From the NCBI RefSeq assembly GCF_044704955.1, contig NC_091996.1:86366001-86430000 (forward strand): a stretch of 64,000 bases of DNA. The letters run 5' to 3'. Below the pieces are notes generated by a model, which did no database searches, was not told where the DNA came from, and saw only the letters and a program-made list of their open reading frames with translations. How positions within the stretch are numbered: the stretch's first letter is position 1; each line of letters starts with the position of its first letter. A program made the translations under genes and the position numbers. Source of the DNA: Pristiophorus japonicus (taxonomy: Eukaryota). Positions 37,373 to 49,235 of the stretch are shown one piece after another.

Positions 37373-38667
37373 AGTTAAGGGGAACTGATAGGGTAGATGG
37401 AGAGAAGCTATTCCCGCTGGTTGGGGAGTCGAGGTCAAGGGGGCATAATCTAAAAGTTAAGAGCCAGGCCTTTCAGGAGTGAAATTAGGAAATACTTCTA
37501 CACACACAGGGTGGTGGGAGCTTGGAACTCTCTTCCGTAAACGGCAATTGATGCTAGGTCAATTGTTAATTTTAAATCTGAGACTGATAGATTTTTGTTA
37601 ACCAAAGGCATTAAGGGACATGGGCCAAGGGCGGATGGATATATGGAGTTAGGTCACGGATCAGCTATGATCCTAGTGAATGGTGGAATAGGCTTGAGGG
37701 GCTGAATGGCCTCCTCATGTTCCTATGTTCCGAGCTCGTCTGTATGAAGTACGTTCTTATTGCGAAGCTAGTCAGCCAATTAAGGTTTCCCAATTCCACC
37801 CTCCTTACTCCTGAAGGCACTGCCTCTGGCTGGGGTGTGGTCATATCGACTCCAAAGGCACTCTGCTAACTTTGCCCCCCCACTCTTCAGATTCAACCGT
37901 GAGCGTGAGCCTGGCCTTGTTCTCAATGCCGTGCACACACTCTCCACCAGGGGTCACTGGAGAGCAAGCAAGAGCAGGAAAATCATAGAATCACAGAAAT
38001 TTACAGCACGGAAGGAGGCCATTTCGGCCCATCGTGTCTGCACCGGCCGACAAAGAGCCACCCAGCCTAATCCCACTTTCCAGCTCTTGGTCCGTAGCCC
38101 TGCAGGTTACGGCACTTCAAGTGCACATCCAAGTACTTTTTAAATGTGGTGAGGGTTTCTGCCTCTATCACCCTTTCAGGCAGTGAGTTCCAGACCCCCA
38201 CCACCCTCTGGGTGAAGACATTTCCCCTCAAATCCCCTCTAAACCTCCCACCAATTACTTTAAATCTATGCCCTCTGGTTATTAAACCCTTGTACAATTA
38301 ACAGATGGGAGGCAATTAACATAGGATACATTGAAGAGGAAGCTATGCAAGTACTTGTATTTATATAGCGCCTTTCACGACCACCGGATGTCACAAAGCT
38401 CTTTACAGCCAATGAAGTACTTTTGGAGTGTAGTCACTGTTGTAATGTAAACATTGCAGCCAATCTGCGCACAGCAAGCTCCCACAAACAGCAACGTGAT
38501 AATGACCCAGATCATCTGGTTTTGTTATGTTGATTGAGGGATAAATATTGGCCCCAGGACACCGGGGAGAACTCCCCCTGCTCTTCGAAATAGTGGCCAT
38601 GGGATCTTTTACATTCACCAGAGAGAGCAGACGGGGCCTCGGTTTAACATCTCATCTGAAAGATGGC

Positions 38668-38961
38668 CCCTCCGACAGTGCGGCGCTCCCTCAGCACTGC
38701 CCCTCCGACAGTGCGGCGCTCCCTCAGCACCGCCCCTCCGACAGTGCGGCGCTCCTCAGCACCGCCCCTCCGACAGTGCGGCGCTCCCTCAGCACCGCCC
38801 CTCCGACAGTGCGGCGCTCCCTCAGCACCGCCCCTCCGACAGTGCGGCGCTCCCTCAGCACTGACCCTCCGACAGTGCGGCGCTCCCTCAGCACTGACCC
38901 TCCGACAGTGCGGCGCTCCCTCAGCACTGACCCTCCGACAGTGCGGCGCTTCCTCAGCACT
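38668..38961 (-). repeat. 33-bp SINE-internal minisatellite (about 9 units)
   Basis: Unit GCAGTGCTGAGGGAGCGCCGCACTGTCGGAGGG within SINE 38355-39070. Confidence 0.93.
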
Positions 38962-39445
38962 GCACTGGGAGTGTCGGCCTGGATTTATGTGCTCAAGTCC
39001 CTGGAGTGGGACTCGAACCCACAACCTTCTGACTCAGAGGCGAGTGTGCTACCCACTGAGCAACGGCTGAAACCATGAGGGAGAAAGGAATAGAAGGATA
39101 TGCTGATGGGGTGAGATGAAGAGGGATAGGAGGAAGCCGGTGTGCAGCATAAACACCGGCACGGACCAGCGGGGCCGAATGGCCCATTTCTGTGTTGCAA
39201 ATTCTTTATAATTTCATTAATCCTGAACTTGTCAGCCGTGTTTAATTGCAATTGCTGCCGATTGCAAACGATCAGCACCATGTGCCCGATTTAAGTGGCT
39301 ATCTGGGATAAGCATCGACAGGGTCAGTGTTGGGGACTGCAGTCCTTAGTGGGAGAGGTGAACTGTTTAGAAGGTTGGTGAAAGGCTTCTGTTGTCTCCA
39401 TGTGTCATCAGACCCCCTCCGCTCCTCCCACTCTCCTTCCTTCCT

Positions 39446-39482
39446 CCCACTCCACTCCACTCCACTCCACTCCACTCCACTC
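39446..39482 (+). repeat. (CTCCA)n microsatellite
   Basis: About 7 pentamers, about 25 nt from the CYB5D1 exon 2 donor. Confidence 0.9.
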
Positions 39483-39507
39483 CTCCGGGTTGAGGTTCAG
39501 TACTTAC

Positions 39508-39584
39508 GTCTTTAGTCTTCTCATCAAACCAGTGGCTGATGTCCTGGCCGGCCGCTTCCAAAATGGGTTTGAGCAGAATATCAC
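39508..39584 (-). CDS. CYB5D1: CYB5D1 exon 2 ([26 protein letters not shown])
   Basis: TTCAG| acceptor, |GTAAGT donor, 77 nt, phase 1 to 0; [10 protein letters not shown] motif. Confidence 0.95.
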
Positions 39585-40729
39585 CTGAATGGAAGAGTGC
39601 AGAATCAGCACAACCAAAACGCCCAGCTGCATTTTCCACTCGATAGCAGTTAGGATCTGGGCAATTTCCCCTGCCACCCTCCGTAACCCCGGGAAGCCTG
39701 CAGGCAACCGTGGCCTCGCCCATAAACATACAGGAGGAGGAGGAGTACCAAGATCTGGAAATCATTGCAGAAGGGACTTGCGTTCTGACAGCACCTTTCA
39801 CCACCCCGCGTGTATCCCGAAGCACTCCACAGCCAGCGAAGGACTTTGCACAGTCACAGAATCTTGCAGCACAGAAGGAGGCCATTTGGCCCGTGTTGCC
39901 TTCGCCTGCTCTCTGCAAGAGCAATCGCGCAAGAAAGAAATCATTTGCATTTCTGTGGTTGCCTTTCAGCACCTCAGGATGTCTCAAAGCGCTTCACAGC
40001 CGATGAAGTACTTTTTGGAGTGGAGTCACCGTTGTAATGTGGGAAACCCGACAGCCAATTTGCACACAGCAAGCTCCCACACCCAGCAATGTGATAATGA
40101 CCCAGATCATCTGTTTTAGGATTGCTCACTGAGGGATAAATATTGGCCCCAGGGCCCCACGGAGAACTCCCCTGCTCTTTACATATTACATTACATCAGA
40201 TATATGGCACAGAAACAGGCCATTCGGCCCAACCAGTCCATGCCGGCATTTATGCTCCACTCGAGCCTCCTTCTGTCTTTCATCATCTAAATCTATCAGC
40301 ATAATCCTCTATTCCCTTCTCCCCCATATACTTGTCCAGCCTCCCCTTAAATGCATCGATACTATTCGCCTCAACCCCTCCCTGTGGCAGCGAGTTCCAC
40401 ATTCTCACCGCTCTCTGGGTAAAGAAGTTTCTCCTGAATTCCCCATTGGATTTCCTGGTGATCTTATATTGACGGCCTCTAGTTATGCTCTTCCCCACTC
40501 TCTCTGTATCCACTCTATCAAAAACTTTCATAATTTTAAAGACCTCTATTAGGTCACCCCTCAGCCTCTTTTTCCAAGAGAAAAGAGACCCAGCATTTTC
40601 ATCCTTTCCTGATATGTGCACCCTCGCATTTCTGGTATCATCCTTCTTCGAAATAGTGGCCGTGGGATCTTTTACATCCACCTGAGAGCAGACGGGGCCT
40701 CGGTTTAACGTCTCGTCCGAAAGACGGCA

Positions 40730-41152
40730 CCTCCAACAGTGCGGCGCTCCCTCAGCACTGCCCCTCCGACAGTCTGGCGCTCCCTCAGCACTGCCCCTCC
40801 GACAGTGCGGCGCTCCCTCAGCACTGCCCCTCCGACAGCGCGGTGCTCCCTCAGCACTGCCCCTCCGACAGTCTGGCGCTCCCTCAGCACTGCCCCTCCG
40901 ACAGTCCCTCAGCACTGCCCCTCCGACAGTGCGGCGCTCCCTCAGCACTGCCCCTCCGACAGTGCAGCGCTCCCTCAGCCCTGCCCCTCCGACAGTGCGG
41001 CGCTCCCTCAGCCCTGCCCCTCCGACAGTGCGGCGCTCCCTCAGCACTGCCCCTCCGACAGTGCGGCGCTCCCTCAGCCCTGCCCCTCCGACAGTGCGGC
41101 CCTCCCTCAGCACTGCCCCTCCGACAGTGCGGCCCTCCCTCAGTACTGCCCC
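40730..41152 (-). repeat. 33-bp SINE-internal minisatellite (about 13 units), headless, next to the CYB5D1 exon 1 donor
   Basis: Same unit; ends about 13 nt from the GT at 41165. Confidence 0.93.
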
Positions 41153-41165
41153 TCGGGGTCAGCAC

Positions 41166-41307
41166 CTTTGAACTGCTCCACCAGCGGGCTCAGGTCGTAC
41201 ACCTTGCCCAGGTAGGAGAGCCACAGGTCGCCCAGGGTGCTGTGGGCCGCCACCTCCCCGCTGGTGTAGTAGCGCGAGTGCAGCATCGGCCGCCCCGCCA
41301 TCGCCAT
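41166..41307 (-). CDS. CYB5D1: CYB5D1 exon 1 (MAMAGRPMLHSRYYTSGEVAAHSTLGDLWLSYLGKVYDLSPLVEQFK); alternative in-frame ATGs at 41301 and 41286
   Basis: Cytochrome b5-like N-terminus (YYT..EVA.H...DLW.SYLG.VYDL); donor AAG|GTGCT, phase 1. Confidence 0.92.
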
Positions 41308-41690
41308 GGAAACAATGCCCTGTCCTGCCCTCTGACCCCGCTCCGCCGGAAGCTGGAGTCCACTTCCGATTCCCCCCTGGGCCCCACGAACTACAACGAC
41401 CAGCGTGCATCGCGGTGTTTTTTTCTTAAATTCATTCTGTGTCCTCTGATACCGGTGTGAATTCTCTGACCGGTGTTAATTTATTTTACCAGTCATTTTT
41501 TTTTTAAACAAAAACGTGATAGGCCGATGTTTAAGAGGCGGCAGTAACGGTTATGTAGGGGGGGCGGTTGTGGTTCGGTTCTCGTGAGGTTTGGCCGTGC
41601 GGGGCAAAAGGAGATCATTCTCGCGAGAATTACCACTGCGGGGCAAAGGGGGTGGACAGTTCTCGCGAGGTTTGGCCCTAAGATGGCGGC
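41300..41690. promoter_or_regulatory. Bidirectional CpG-rich promoter shared by CYB5D1 and NAA38
   Basis: Start codons about 375 bp apart and divergent. X-box at 41300-41313, ZNF143-like site at 41390-41414, TCTCGCGAGA at 41619-41628 with variants at 41580 and 41661, YY1-type AAGATGGCGGC at 41680-41690. Confidence 0.8.
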
Positions 41691-41751
41691 GGCGGCGGCT
41701 CGGCGGGGAGAGAATGGCGAGCTGCGGGAGGAGCAGCGCAACGGCACCGGG
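41683..41751 (+). CDS. NAA38: NAA38 (LSMD1) exon 1 (MAAAAARRGENGELREEQRNGTG)
   Basis: AAGATGGCG strong start context in a CpG island; donor GGG|GTGAGA, phase 0, in frame with exon 2. Confidence 0.8.
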
Positions 41752-41789
41752 GTGAGAGAGGGGAGAGGGGAGAGGGGAGAGGGGGCTCA

Positions 41790-42700
41790 CTGTCCCCCTG
41801 TCTGTGGGGTGGGGGGGGGCGCTCTGTGTCCCTCTGTCTGTGGGGGGGCGCTGTGTGTCCCCCTATCTGTGGGGGGGGCGCTCTGTGTCCCTCTGTCTGT
41901 GGGAGGGGGGGCGCTGTGTGTCCCTCTGTCTGTGGGGGGCGCTGTGTGTCCCCCTGTCTGTGGGGGGGGGGGGCGCTGTGTGTCCCTCTGTCTGTGGGGG
42001 GCGCTGTGTGTCCCCCTGTCTGTGGGAGGGGGGCGCTGTGTGTCCCCCTGTCTGTGGGGGGGGGGGCGCTCTGTGTCCCTCTGTCTGTGGGGGGGGGGGC
42101 GCTGTGTGTCCCTCTGTCTGTGGGGGGCGCTGTGTGTCCCCCTGTCTGTGGGAGGGGGGCGCTGTGTGTCCCCCTGTCTGTGGGGGGGGGGGCGCTCTGT
42201 GTCCCTCTGTCTGTGGGGGGGGGGGCGCTGTGTGTCCCTCTGTCTGTGGGGGGCGCTGTGTGTCCCCCTGTCTGTGGGGGGGGCGCTCTGTGTTCCTCTG
42301 TCTGTGGGGGGGGGGTGCTCTGTGTCCCTCTGTCTGTGGGGGGGGACGCTCTTTGTCCCTCTGTCTGTGAGGGGGGGCGCTCTGTGTCCCTCTGTCTGTG
42401 AGGGGGGGGGCGCTCTGTGTCCCTCTGTCTGTGGGGGGGCGCTGTGTGTCCCCCTGTCTGTGGGGGGGGGGCGCTCTGTGTCCCCCTGTCTGGTGGGGGG
42501 TGCTGTGTGTCCCCCTGTCTGTGGGGGGGGGGGCGCTCTGTGTCCCTCTGCCTGTGGGGGGGGGGCGCTTTGTGTCCCTCTGCCTGTGAGGGGGGGGGGG
42601 CGATCTGTGTCCCTCTGCCTGTGGGGGGGGGCGCTCTGTGTCCCTCTGTCTGTGAGGGGGGGGTGCTCTGTGTCCCCCTGTCTGTGGGGGGTGGGGGGGG
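41790..42700 (+). repeat. G-rich minisatellite, about 27-30 bp unit (about 30 units), NAA38 intron 1
   Basis: Unit (G)6-11CGCT(C/G)TGTGTCCC(C/T)CTGTCTGT. Confidence 0.93.
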
Positions 42701-43660
42701 CTCACTGACTGCTTCAAGTCTCTGCTCCACTCTCACCTCCAGGTCCTATTGAGCAGACTCTATAGATTAGAAGAATGAGAGGTGATCTCATTGGAACACA
42801 CAACTTTCTTACGGGCTTGACAGGGAGGATGTTTCCCCTGGGCTGGGGAGTCTAGAACCAGGGGTCACAGTCTCAGGATAAGGGGTCAGTCATTGAGGAC
42901 TGAGATGAGGAGGAATTTCTTCACTCGGAGAAAAGAAAGACTTGCATTTATATAGCGCCTTTCACGACCACTGAATGTCTCAAAGTGCTTTACAGCCAAT
43001 AAAGTACTTTTGAAGTGTGGTCACTTGTAATGTGGGAAACACGGCAGCCAACTTGCGCACAGCTAGCTTCCACACATAGCAATGTGATAATGACCCAGAT
43101 AATCTGCTTTTTTTGTTATGTTGATTAAGGGATAAATATTGGCCCCAGGACACCGGGGAGAACTCCCCTGCTCCTCTTCGAAATAGTGCCGTGGGATCTT
43201 TTACATTCACCTGAGAGGGTTTAACATCTCTTCCAAAGACGGCACCTCTGACAGTGCGGCGCTCCCTCAGCACTGCACTGGGAGTGTGAACCCAGATTTA
43301 TGTGCTCAAGTTCCTGGAGTGGGACTCGAACCCACAACCTTCTGACTCCGAGGCGAGAATGCTACCCACTGAGCCACTGGCTGACAGAGTCTTAACGGAG
43401 GAGAGCGAGGAGGAGAGTTTAGGGAGGGAGTTCCAGAGCTTGGGGCCCAGGCAGCTAAAGACATGGCCGCCAATGGTGGAGCAATTAAAATCAGTGAAGC
43501 ACAAGAGGCCAGAATTGTAGGAGCGCAGACCGGGGGGGGGGGGACGGTTGTGGGGCTGGAGGAGATTAGAGATCGGGAGGGCCGAGGCCGTGGACAGATT
43601 TAAAAACAAGGATGAGAATTTTAAAATCGAGGCATTGCTTAAACGGAAGACAATGTAGGT

Positions 43661-44253
43661 CAGTAAGCACAGGGGGTGATGGGAGAGCAGGACTTGGTGA
43701 GAGTTAGGATACGGGGCAACGAGCACAGAGTGTGAGTTAGGCCACGGGGCAGCGAGCACAGGGGGTGATGGGTGAGCGGGACTCGGTGCGGGTTAGGACA
43801 CAGGGCAGCGAGCACAGGGGGTGATGGGTGAGCGGGACGCGGTGCGGGTTAGGACACAGGGTCAGCGAGCACAGGGGGTGATGGGTGAGCGGGACTCGGT
43901 GCGGGTTAGGACACAGGGCAGCGAGCACAGTGGGTGATGGGTGAGCGGGACTCGGTGCGGGTTAGGACACGGTAGTGAGCACAGGGGGTGATGGGTGAGC
44001 GGGACTCGGTGCGAGTTAGGACACGGTAGTGAGCACAGGGGGTGATGGGTGAGCGGGACTCGGTGCGGGTTAGGACACGGGGCAGTGAGCACAGGGGGTG
44101 ATGGGTGAGCGGGACTTGGTGCGGGTTAGGACACAGGGCAGCGAGCACAGTGGGTGATGGGTGAGCGGGACTCGGCGCGGGTTAGGACACAGGGCAGCGA
44201 GCACAGTGGGTGATGGGTGAGCGGGACTCGGTGCGGGTTAGGACACGGGGCAG
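43661..44253 (-). repeat. 56-bp L2-internal minisatellite (about 10-11 units)
   Basis: Same unit, with a local AACCCGC variant. Confidence 0.9.
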
Positions 44254-44264
44254 TCGAGTTTAGA

Positions 44265-44395
44265 ATCGGTTCTGACGAAGGGTCATCGACCTGAAACGGT
44301 AACTCTTTTCTCTCCACAGACGCTGCCTGACCCGCTGAGATTTACAGCATGATCTTTTTATTTCAGGTTCCAGCATCCGCAGTATTTTGCTTTAA
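44265..44395 (+). mobile_element. Penelope-like terminal repeat fragment with a hammerhead-like core
   Basis: CTGACGA-AGGGTCATCGACCT-GAAAC; related inverted pair at 52110-52315. Confidence 0.5.
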
Positions 44396-45013
44396 TGTTA
44401 GAGTTTAGAATCACTAAGTTTATGGAGGGTAGAACGTGGGAAGCAGCCAGGAGTCCAGAGGTAACGAAGACGAACGAGATGGGGCCCCGGTCGTTTTCTG
44501 TCTGGCAATCCCTATGTTCCGTCACGTCTGGGTGGCCAACCAACACTCGTTACCTCGGCTCCAGAAACTAGGCTGTCAGGTCTGAATCTGGAGAGATGGT
44601 AGTCCTTTTTCTAGCGTGTGTGTGTAATAGACAGTAGTATGTCGTTCTGTTCATGCTCAGAGTCAGAATTGTACTGCACAGGAGGGCATTTGACCCATTG
44701 TGCCATTCTCCCCCAACCCAGCGTCACTAAAACAGATTATCTGCTCATTTATCACGTTGCTGTTTTGTGGGATCTTTCTGGGCACAAATTGGCTGCAGCG
44801 TCTCTTACCCAGTGACGACACTCCGAAAGGACTTCATTGGCTGTGAGGTGCTTCCGTGACATCCTAAGCTTGTGAAAGGCCAGCTCGTTCTTGAGTTGTA
44901 GCATGGTGCGGCTATGGGGGCCTCCCGTCACTGTTACTTACTGTAACCTTCTTTATACACTGGCCAGTTAGGAGCCTGCAGTTCACGCTAACTCTTCATT
45001 TGTGCCTTCAAAG

Positions 45014-45200
45014 GGGCAGGACATGCGAGGGAGCGATGGGCCGTTGTACTCGCACGCCAGGCAGATGTTGGAGAGCTTACTCAACAAAAGCATGCGGATC
45101 CGGATGACGGACGGCAGGACACTGATTGGCCTCTTCCTCTGCACCGACCGGGACTGCAACGTCATTTTAGGCTCTGCCCAGGAGTACTTGAAGCCAACAG
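45014..45200 (+). CDS. NAA38: NAA38 exon 2, Sm-fold (…[48 protein letters not shown])
   Basis: Sm1 motif [29 protein letters not shown]; donor AG|GTAAAC, phase 1; exon starts at 45014 or at an in-frame alternative, 45020. Confidence 0.96.
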
Positions 45201-45347
45201 GTAAACAAGAGCCAGTAAGGGTGTCCAATGTCCCATGTCCCTCATTTTGTTCCTTTCAAACACTTAACCAATTCCCCTTCTGGTAGTGTCGGCTGTGGCT
45301 AAGTGGGTAGCATTCACTCAGCACAAATCCAGGCCGACACTCCCAGT

Positions 45348-45842
45348 GCAGTACTGAGGGAGCGCCGCACTGTCGGAGGGGCAGTGCTGAGGGAGCGCCG
45401 CACTGTCGGGGGGGCAGTGCTGAGGGAGCGCCGCACTGTCGGAGGGGCAGTGCTGAGGGAGCGCCGCACTGTCGGAGGGGCAGTGCTGAGGGAGCGCCGC
45501 ACTGTCGGAGGGGCAGTGCTGAGGGAGCGCCGCACTGTCGGAGGGGCAGTGCTGAGGGAGCGCTGCACTGTCGGAGGGGCAGTGCTGAGGGAGCGCCGCA
45601 CTGTCGGAGGGGCAGTGCTGAGGGAGCGCTGCACTGTCGGAGGGGCGTTACTGAGGGAGTGCCGCACTGTCGGAGGGGCAGTGCTGAGGGAGCGCCGCGC
45701 TGTCGGAGGGGCAATGCTGAGGGAGCGCCGCACTGTCGGAGGGGCAGTGCTGAGAGAGCGCCGCACTGTCGGAGGGGCAGTACTGAGGGAGTGCCGCACT
45801 GTCGGAGGGGCAGTGCTGAGGGAGCGCCGCAGTGTCGGAAGT
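45348..45842 (+). repeat. 33-bp SINE-internal minisatellite (about 15 units)
   Basis: Same unit; source of the AVLRERRTVGG ORF repeats. Confidence 0.93.
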
Positions 45843-46809
45843 GCCGTCTTTTGGATGAGACATTAAACTGAGGCACCTCTGCCCTCTCACGTGGTACCAG
45901 GGATGAGGGACTTCAGTCATGTGAAGATTGGAGAAGCTGGGATTGTTCTCTTTAGAATTAGAATAGAGCTGTTCAAAATCCCATGTAAAAGATCCCACGG
46001 CCACTATTTCGAAGAAGAGCCGAGGGAGTTCTCCCCGGTGTCCTGGGGCCAATATTTATCCCTCAATCAACATAACAAAAACAGATTATCTGGGTCATTA
46101 TCACATTTGTTTGTGGGAGCTTGCTGTGCACAAATTGGCTGCTGCGTTTCCCACGTTATAACTGTAACTACACTCCAAAAGTACTTCATCGGCTGTAAAG
46201 CGCTTTGGGATGTCCGGTGGTTGTGAAAGGTGCTCTATAAATGCACATTTTTTTTGAAGGTCACTATTGAATCTGCTCCCACCGCCCTTTCAGGCAGCAC
46301 GTTCCCGATCACAACAACTCGCTGCGTTAAAGAAGTTTCCTCGTGTCGCCTCTGGTTCTTTTACCAATTATTTGTCCTCTGGTTACTGACCTTTCTACCA
46401 CTGGAAGTAGTCTCTCCATATTTACTCTGAAAACCCTTCTTGATTTTGAACACCACCTATTAAATCTCTATTTAACCTGCTCTAAGGAGAACAATCCCAG
46501 CTTCTCCAGTCTCCACATGACTGAAGGCCCTCATCCCTGGGGCCATTCTGGTAAATCTCTTCCACACGCCCTCCAAGACAGTCACGTCCTTCCTGAAGTA
46601 GGGCGCCCAGATTTGGGGACACAGTACTCTAGCACGTGCTGAACCAGTGATTGATAAAGGTTGTTTGGCACTGTGCATCAGCCTCGTGGCTCCTCCCTGC
46701 ACTGCCTGCAGCAGTTGAATATCTCCCTCGTGGCCAGAACTGGACGCACTCCTTGAGGTGAGCTCGGACCAGGTCATCGCACAGTTCAACCACTACTTCC
46801 TTCCAACTT

Positions 46810-48022
46810 GTATAGGAGCAGGGAGGTCTTACTGCAATTGTACAGGGCCTTGGTGAGGCCACACCTGGAATATTGTGTACAGTTTTGGTCTCCTAATCTG
46901 AGGAAGGACATTCTTGCTATTGAGGGAGTGCAACGAAGGTTCACCAGACTGATTCCCGGGATGGCAGGACTGACATATGAAGAAAGACAGAAAGACTGGA
47001 TCGACTAGGCTTATATTCACTGGAATTTAGAAGAATGAGAGGGGATCTCAATGAAACATATAAAATTCTGATGGGATTGGACAGGTTAGATGCAGGAAGA
47101 ATGTTCCCGATGTTGGGGAAGTCCAGAACCAGGGGTCACAGTCTTAAGGATAAGGGGTAAGCCATTTAGGACCGAGATGAGGAGAAACTTCTTCACTCAG
47201 AGAATTGTGAACCTATGGAATTCTCTACCACAGAAAGTTGTTGAGGCCAGTTCGTTCGATATATTCAAAAGGGAGTTAGATGTGGCCCTTGCGGCTAAAG
47301 GGATCAAGGGGTATGGAGAGAAAGCAGGAATGGGGTACTGAAGTTGCATGATCAGCCATGATCATATTAAATGGTGGTGCAGGGTTGAAGGACCGAATGG
47401 CCAACTCCTGTACCTATTTTCTAATGTTTCTACCGTTTCTGGAACATAAAAACATAAGAAATAGGAGCAGGAGTAGGCCACCTGGCTCCTCGAGCCTGCT
47501 CCGCCATTCAATAAGATCATGGCTGATCTGATCATGGACTCGGCTCCACTTCCCTGTCCGCTCCCGATAAACCTCGACTCCCTTATCGCTCAAAAATCTG
47601 TCTCTCTCCGCCTTAAATATATTCAATGACCCAGCCTCCACAGCTCTCTGAGGCAGTGAGTTCCACAGATTTACAACCCTCAGAGAAGAAATTCCTCCTC
47701 ACCTCAGTTCTAAATGGGCGGCCCCTTATTCTGAGATTATGCCCTCTAGTTCTAGTCTCCCCCATGAGTGGAAATATCCTCTCTGCATCCACCTTGTCGA
47801 GCCCCCTCATTATCTTATGTTTCAATGAGATCAGCTCTGATTCTTCTGAACTCCCAACGAGCAGAGGCCCAACCTACTCAACCTATCCTCATAAGTCAAC
47901 CCCCCTCATCCCCGGAATCAACCGAGTGAACCTTCTCTGAACAGCCTCCAATGCAAGTATATCCTTCCTTAAATACGGAGGCCAAAACTGCACGCAGTAC
48001 TCCAGGTGTGGCCTCACCAATA
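46810..48022. mobile_element. Tail-to-tail CR1 pair (46810-47432 plus; 47443-48022 minus)
   Basis: Both carry the ORF2 C-terminus and CR1 tails. Confidence 0.85.
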
Positions 48023-48332
48023 CAAAACCCTGGGAGAAAGAGGAATTACGTTATTTGATTCCCCTCCACCCTCCTCCGTTGTCTCATTCAAACATACAAG
48101 ATTCTGCGGGGAATTGACGGTGTAGATGCTGCTAGGAGGTTGTTTCCCCCGGCGAGAGAGTCTAGAACTAGGGGGCACAGGATTGGGGGTCAGCCATTAT
48201 TTTTATTGCAAGTGGGTTGGTGTACAAGAGTAAGCAAGTCTTTCAGCAATTGTACAGGGCTTTGGTGAGACCACACCCGGAGTATCGTGCACAGTTTTGG
48301 CCTCCTTATCTAAGGAAGGACATTCTTGCCTT

Positions 48333-48730
48333 CATCATCATAGGCAGCCCCTCGAAATCGAGGAAGACTTGCTTCCACTCTTAAAAGTGAGTTCTCGGGT
48401 GACTGATCAGTCCAATAGGGGAATTACAGTCTCTGTCACAGGTGGGACAGACAGTGGTTGAGGGAAAGGGTGGGTGGGACTGGTTTGCCGCACGCTCCTT
48501 CCGCTGCCCGCGCTTGCTTTCTGCATGCTCGCGGCGACGAGACACGAGGTGCTCAGCGCCCTCCCGGATGCACTTCCTCCACTTAGGGCGGACTGGTCTT
48601 TGGCCAGGGACTCCCAGGTGTCGGTGGGGATGTTGCTTTTTTATCAGGGAGGCTTTGAGAGTGTCCTTGAAACGTTTCCTCTGCCCACTTGGGGCTCGCT
48701 TGCCGTGTAGGAGTTCCGAGTAGAGCGCTT
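48333..48730 (-). mobile_element. RTE LINE 3' end nested in a CR1
   Basis: Homologous to 11300-11570; (CAT)n tail on plus; flanked by direct repeat CTTGCCTT. Confidence 0.8.
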
Positions 48731-49235
48731 GCCTTTCTGAGAAAGGATATACCTGCCTTGGAAGTGGTGCAACGGAGGCTCACTCGATTGATCCCTGGGA
48801 TGAGAGGGTTTCCCTATAAAGAGAGACTGTGTAGAATGGGCCTGTACTCCCTGGAGTTTAGACGACTGAGAGGTGATCTCAATTGAAATATGTAAGATTC
48901 GGAAGGAAGATTGACAGGGTAGATGCTGAGAGGATGTTTCCCCCGGGCTGGAGAGTCTAGAACCAGGGGTCACAGTCTCAGGATAAGGGGCGGACTTTTA
49001 AGACTGAGATGAGGAATTTCTTCACTCAGAAGGTGGTGATTCTCTGCCCCAGGGGGCTGTGGATGCTGGGTCGATGAGTATATTCATGGCGGAGATCGCT
49101 AGATTTTTGGACCCCGGGGGAATCGAGGGACATGGGGATCGGGTAGGCAAGTGCAGTTGAGGTCGAAGATCATTCATGATTGAGTGGAGGGGCTGTATGT
49201 CCTGTTCCTAATTGTTGTGTTCTGTTGTGTTGCAG

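Noticed and set aside
41584-42708. 374-aa Gly/Cys-rich ORF
   Set aside because: Only codons 41683-41751 are NAA38 exon 1; the rest reads through the intronic minisatellite.
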